The notes beneath the pieces were generated by a model that saw nothing but the letters and a program-made list of their open reading frames with translations, did no database searches and was not told the DNA's origin. From Eledone cirrhosa (Eukaryota): a stretch of 64,000 bases of DNA. Positions 63,131 through 64,000 of the stretch are shown here, one piece after another. The DNA lies in assembly GCA_964016885.1 (NCBI GenBank), contig OZ024745.1, positions 86,614,001 to 86,678,000 of the forward strand, written 5' to 3'. Position 1 is the stretch's first letter. Every line of letters begins with the position of its first letter. A program made the position numbers and the translations under genes.

Positions 63131-64000
63131 TAATATATTGATATCTGTTCTATTCTATGCTTGTACGATAATCATGTAAGAAAAGGCAAGAATATTATTA
63201 TTATTAATAATGTATATTTTATGTATATATATATATATGTATGTAAACTTATGTGTATGGTAAAATCTTTTTGACGCAATGAAGATTTCCATGTGAAATA
63301 AACATTTACAGAGCTGATCATGTAAACTCACATGTGTCTATAATGTCAGTTTGAGATAACCTTCTCTTTTTCTTTCTCTTTTCTCTTTTTTCATGAAAAT
63401 ACATATATACTTATGTATTCCAGTATTTTTTGAGGTTCTATCTCAGATTTTGATTATAAACCTATGAATTTTTAAACTAAACATATAGTCACTATTTTTT
63501 CACACATTATTGATATGTGTCTCATTCATGAATATTGATGTTTACATTATAATTCATAGGAATTGATAGACTGATGAAACATAATATTTTAAAACTATCA
63601 TTTTTGTTTCTAAGTATATCTCCTCTCCTCCTCCCTCTACTCTTATATCGGCTGTTTTAACTCTATCTCCTGTATATCACCCCTCCCCTATCTCTCCCAC
63701 CTCGTATAATAGATATTACTCGATCTACCTCTCCTTATTTATTTTTGTTTTTATTTCTCCCCGTATCCTTAACACTAAATAAATAAATAAACAAATGAAT
63801 AATTACAGTACTCCCTTCCCTCATAGATCTCTCATTTGGTGGTTTTCTCTTTACATACATTTCTTCATCTTCTTCACCTTCCGCTCTTTCTTTTTCTTTT
63901 CTCCTTCTTTTTCTTTTTCCTTTTTTCCTTTTTTCTCCGTCTTTCTTTCTAACCGTCCTTAACATTTTCACTACCGTAACAACTTTTTAAATGGAAGTTG

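Overview
This is an AT-rich, microsatellite-dense metazoan window made almost entirely of repeats. I can support no host protein-coding gene. The Meta-domain and CORE-type tRNA-SINEs and the repeat landscape resemble an octopod cephalopod (inference). Contents: a Helitron helicase end and a small non-autonomous Helitron; five Neptune-type Penelope-like element (PLE) copies plus many solo or inverted pseudo-LTR pieces; a recent Gypsy element (256-bp LTRs, CATAT TSD); a non-autonomous LTR element (336-bp LTRs, tRNA-Trp PBS); RTE, RTEX-like and CRE-like LINE 3' fragments; many SINEs; and a ~6.3-kb satellite of ~720-bp units with higher-order structure. The most interesting hidden layers are: (1) at least 15 type I hammerhead ribozyme motifs from several families, many sitting in fold-back palindromes whose turn lies in or beside the ribozyme, including one with an expanded stem II and one retrozyme-like 318-bp unit; (2) a Gypsy primer-binding site with no TGG that is complementary to nt 1-12 of the 5' end of tRNA-Phe; (3) two apparently independent SINE insertions at the same position, the start codon, of two diverged Penelope copies. 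All structures were read by eye. Ribozyme, TSD and LTR coordinates were counted base by base; boundaries of degraded elements are approximate.
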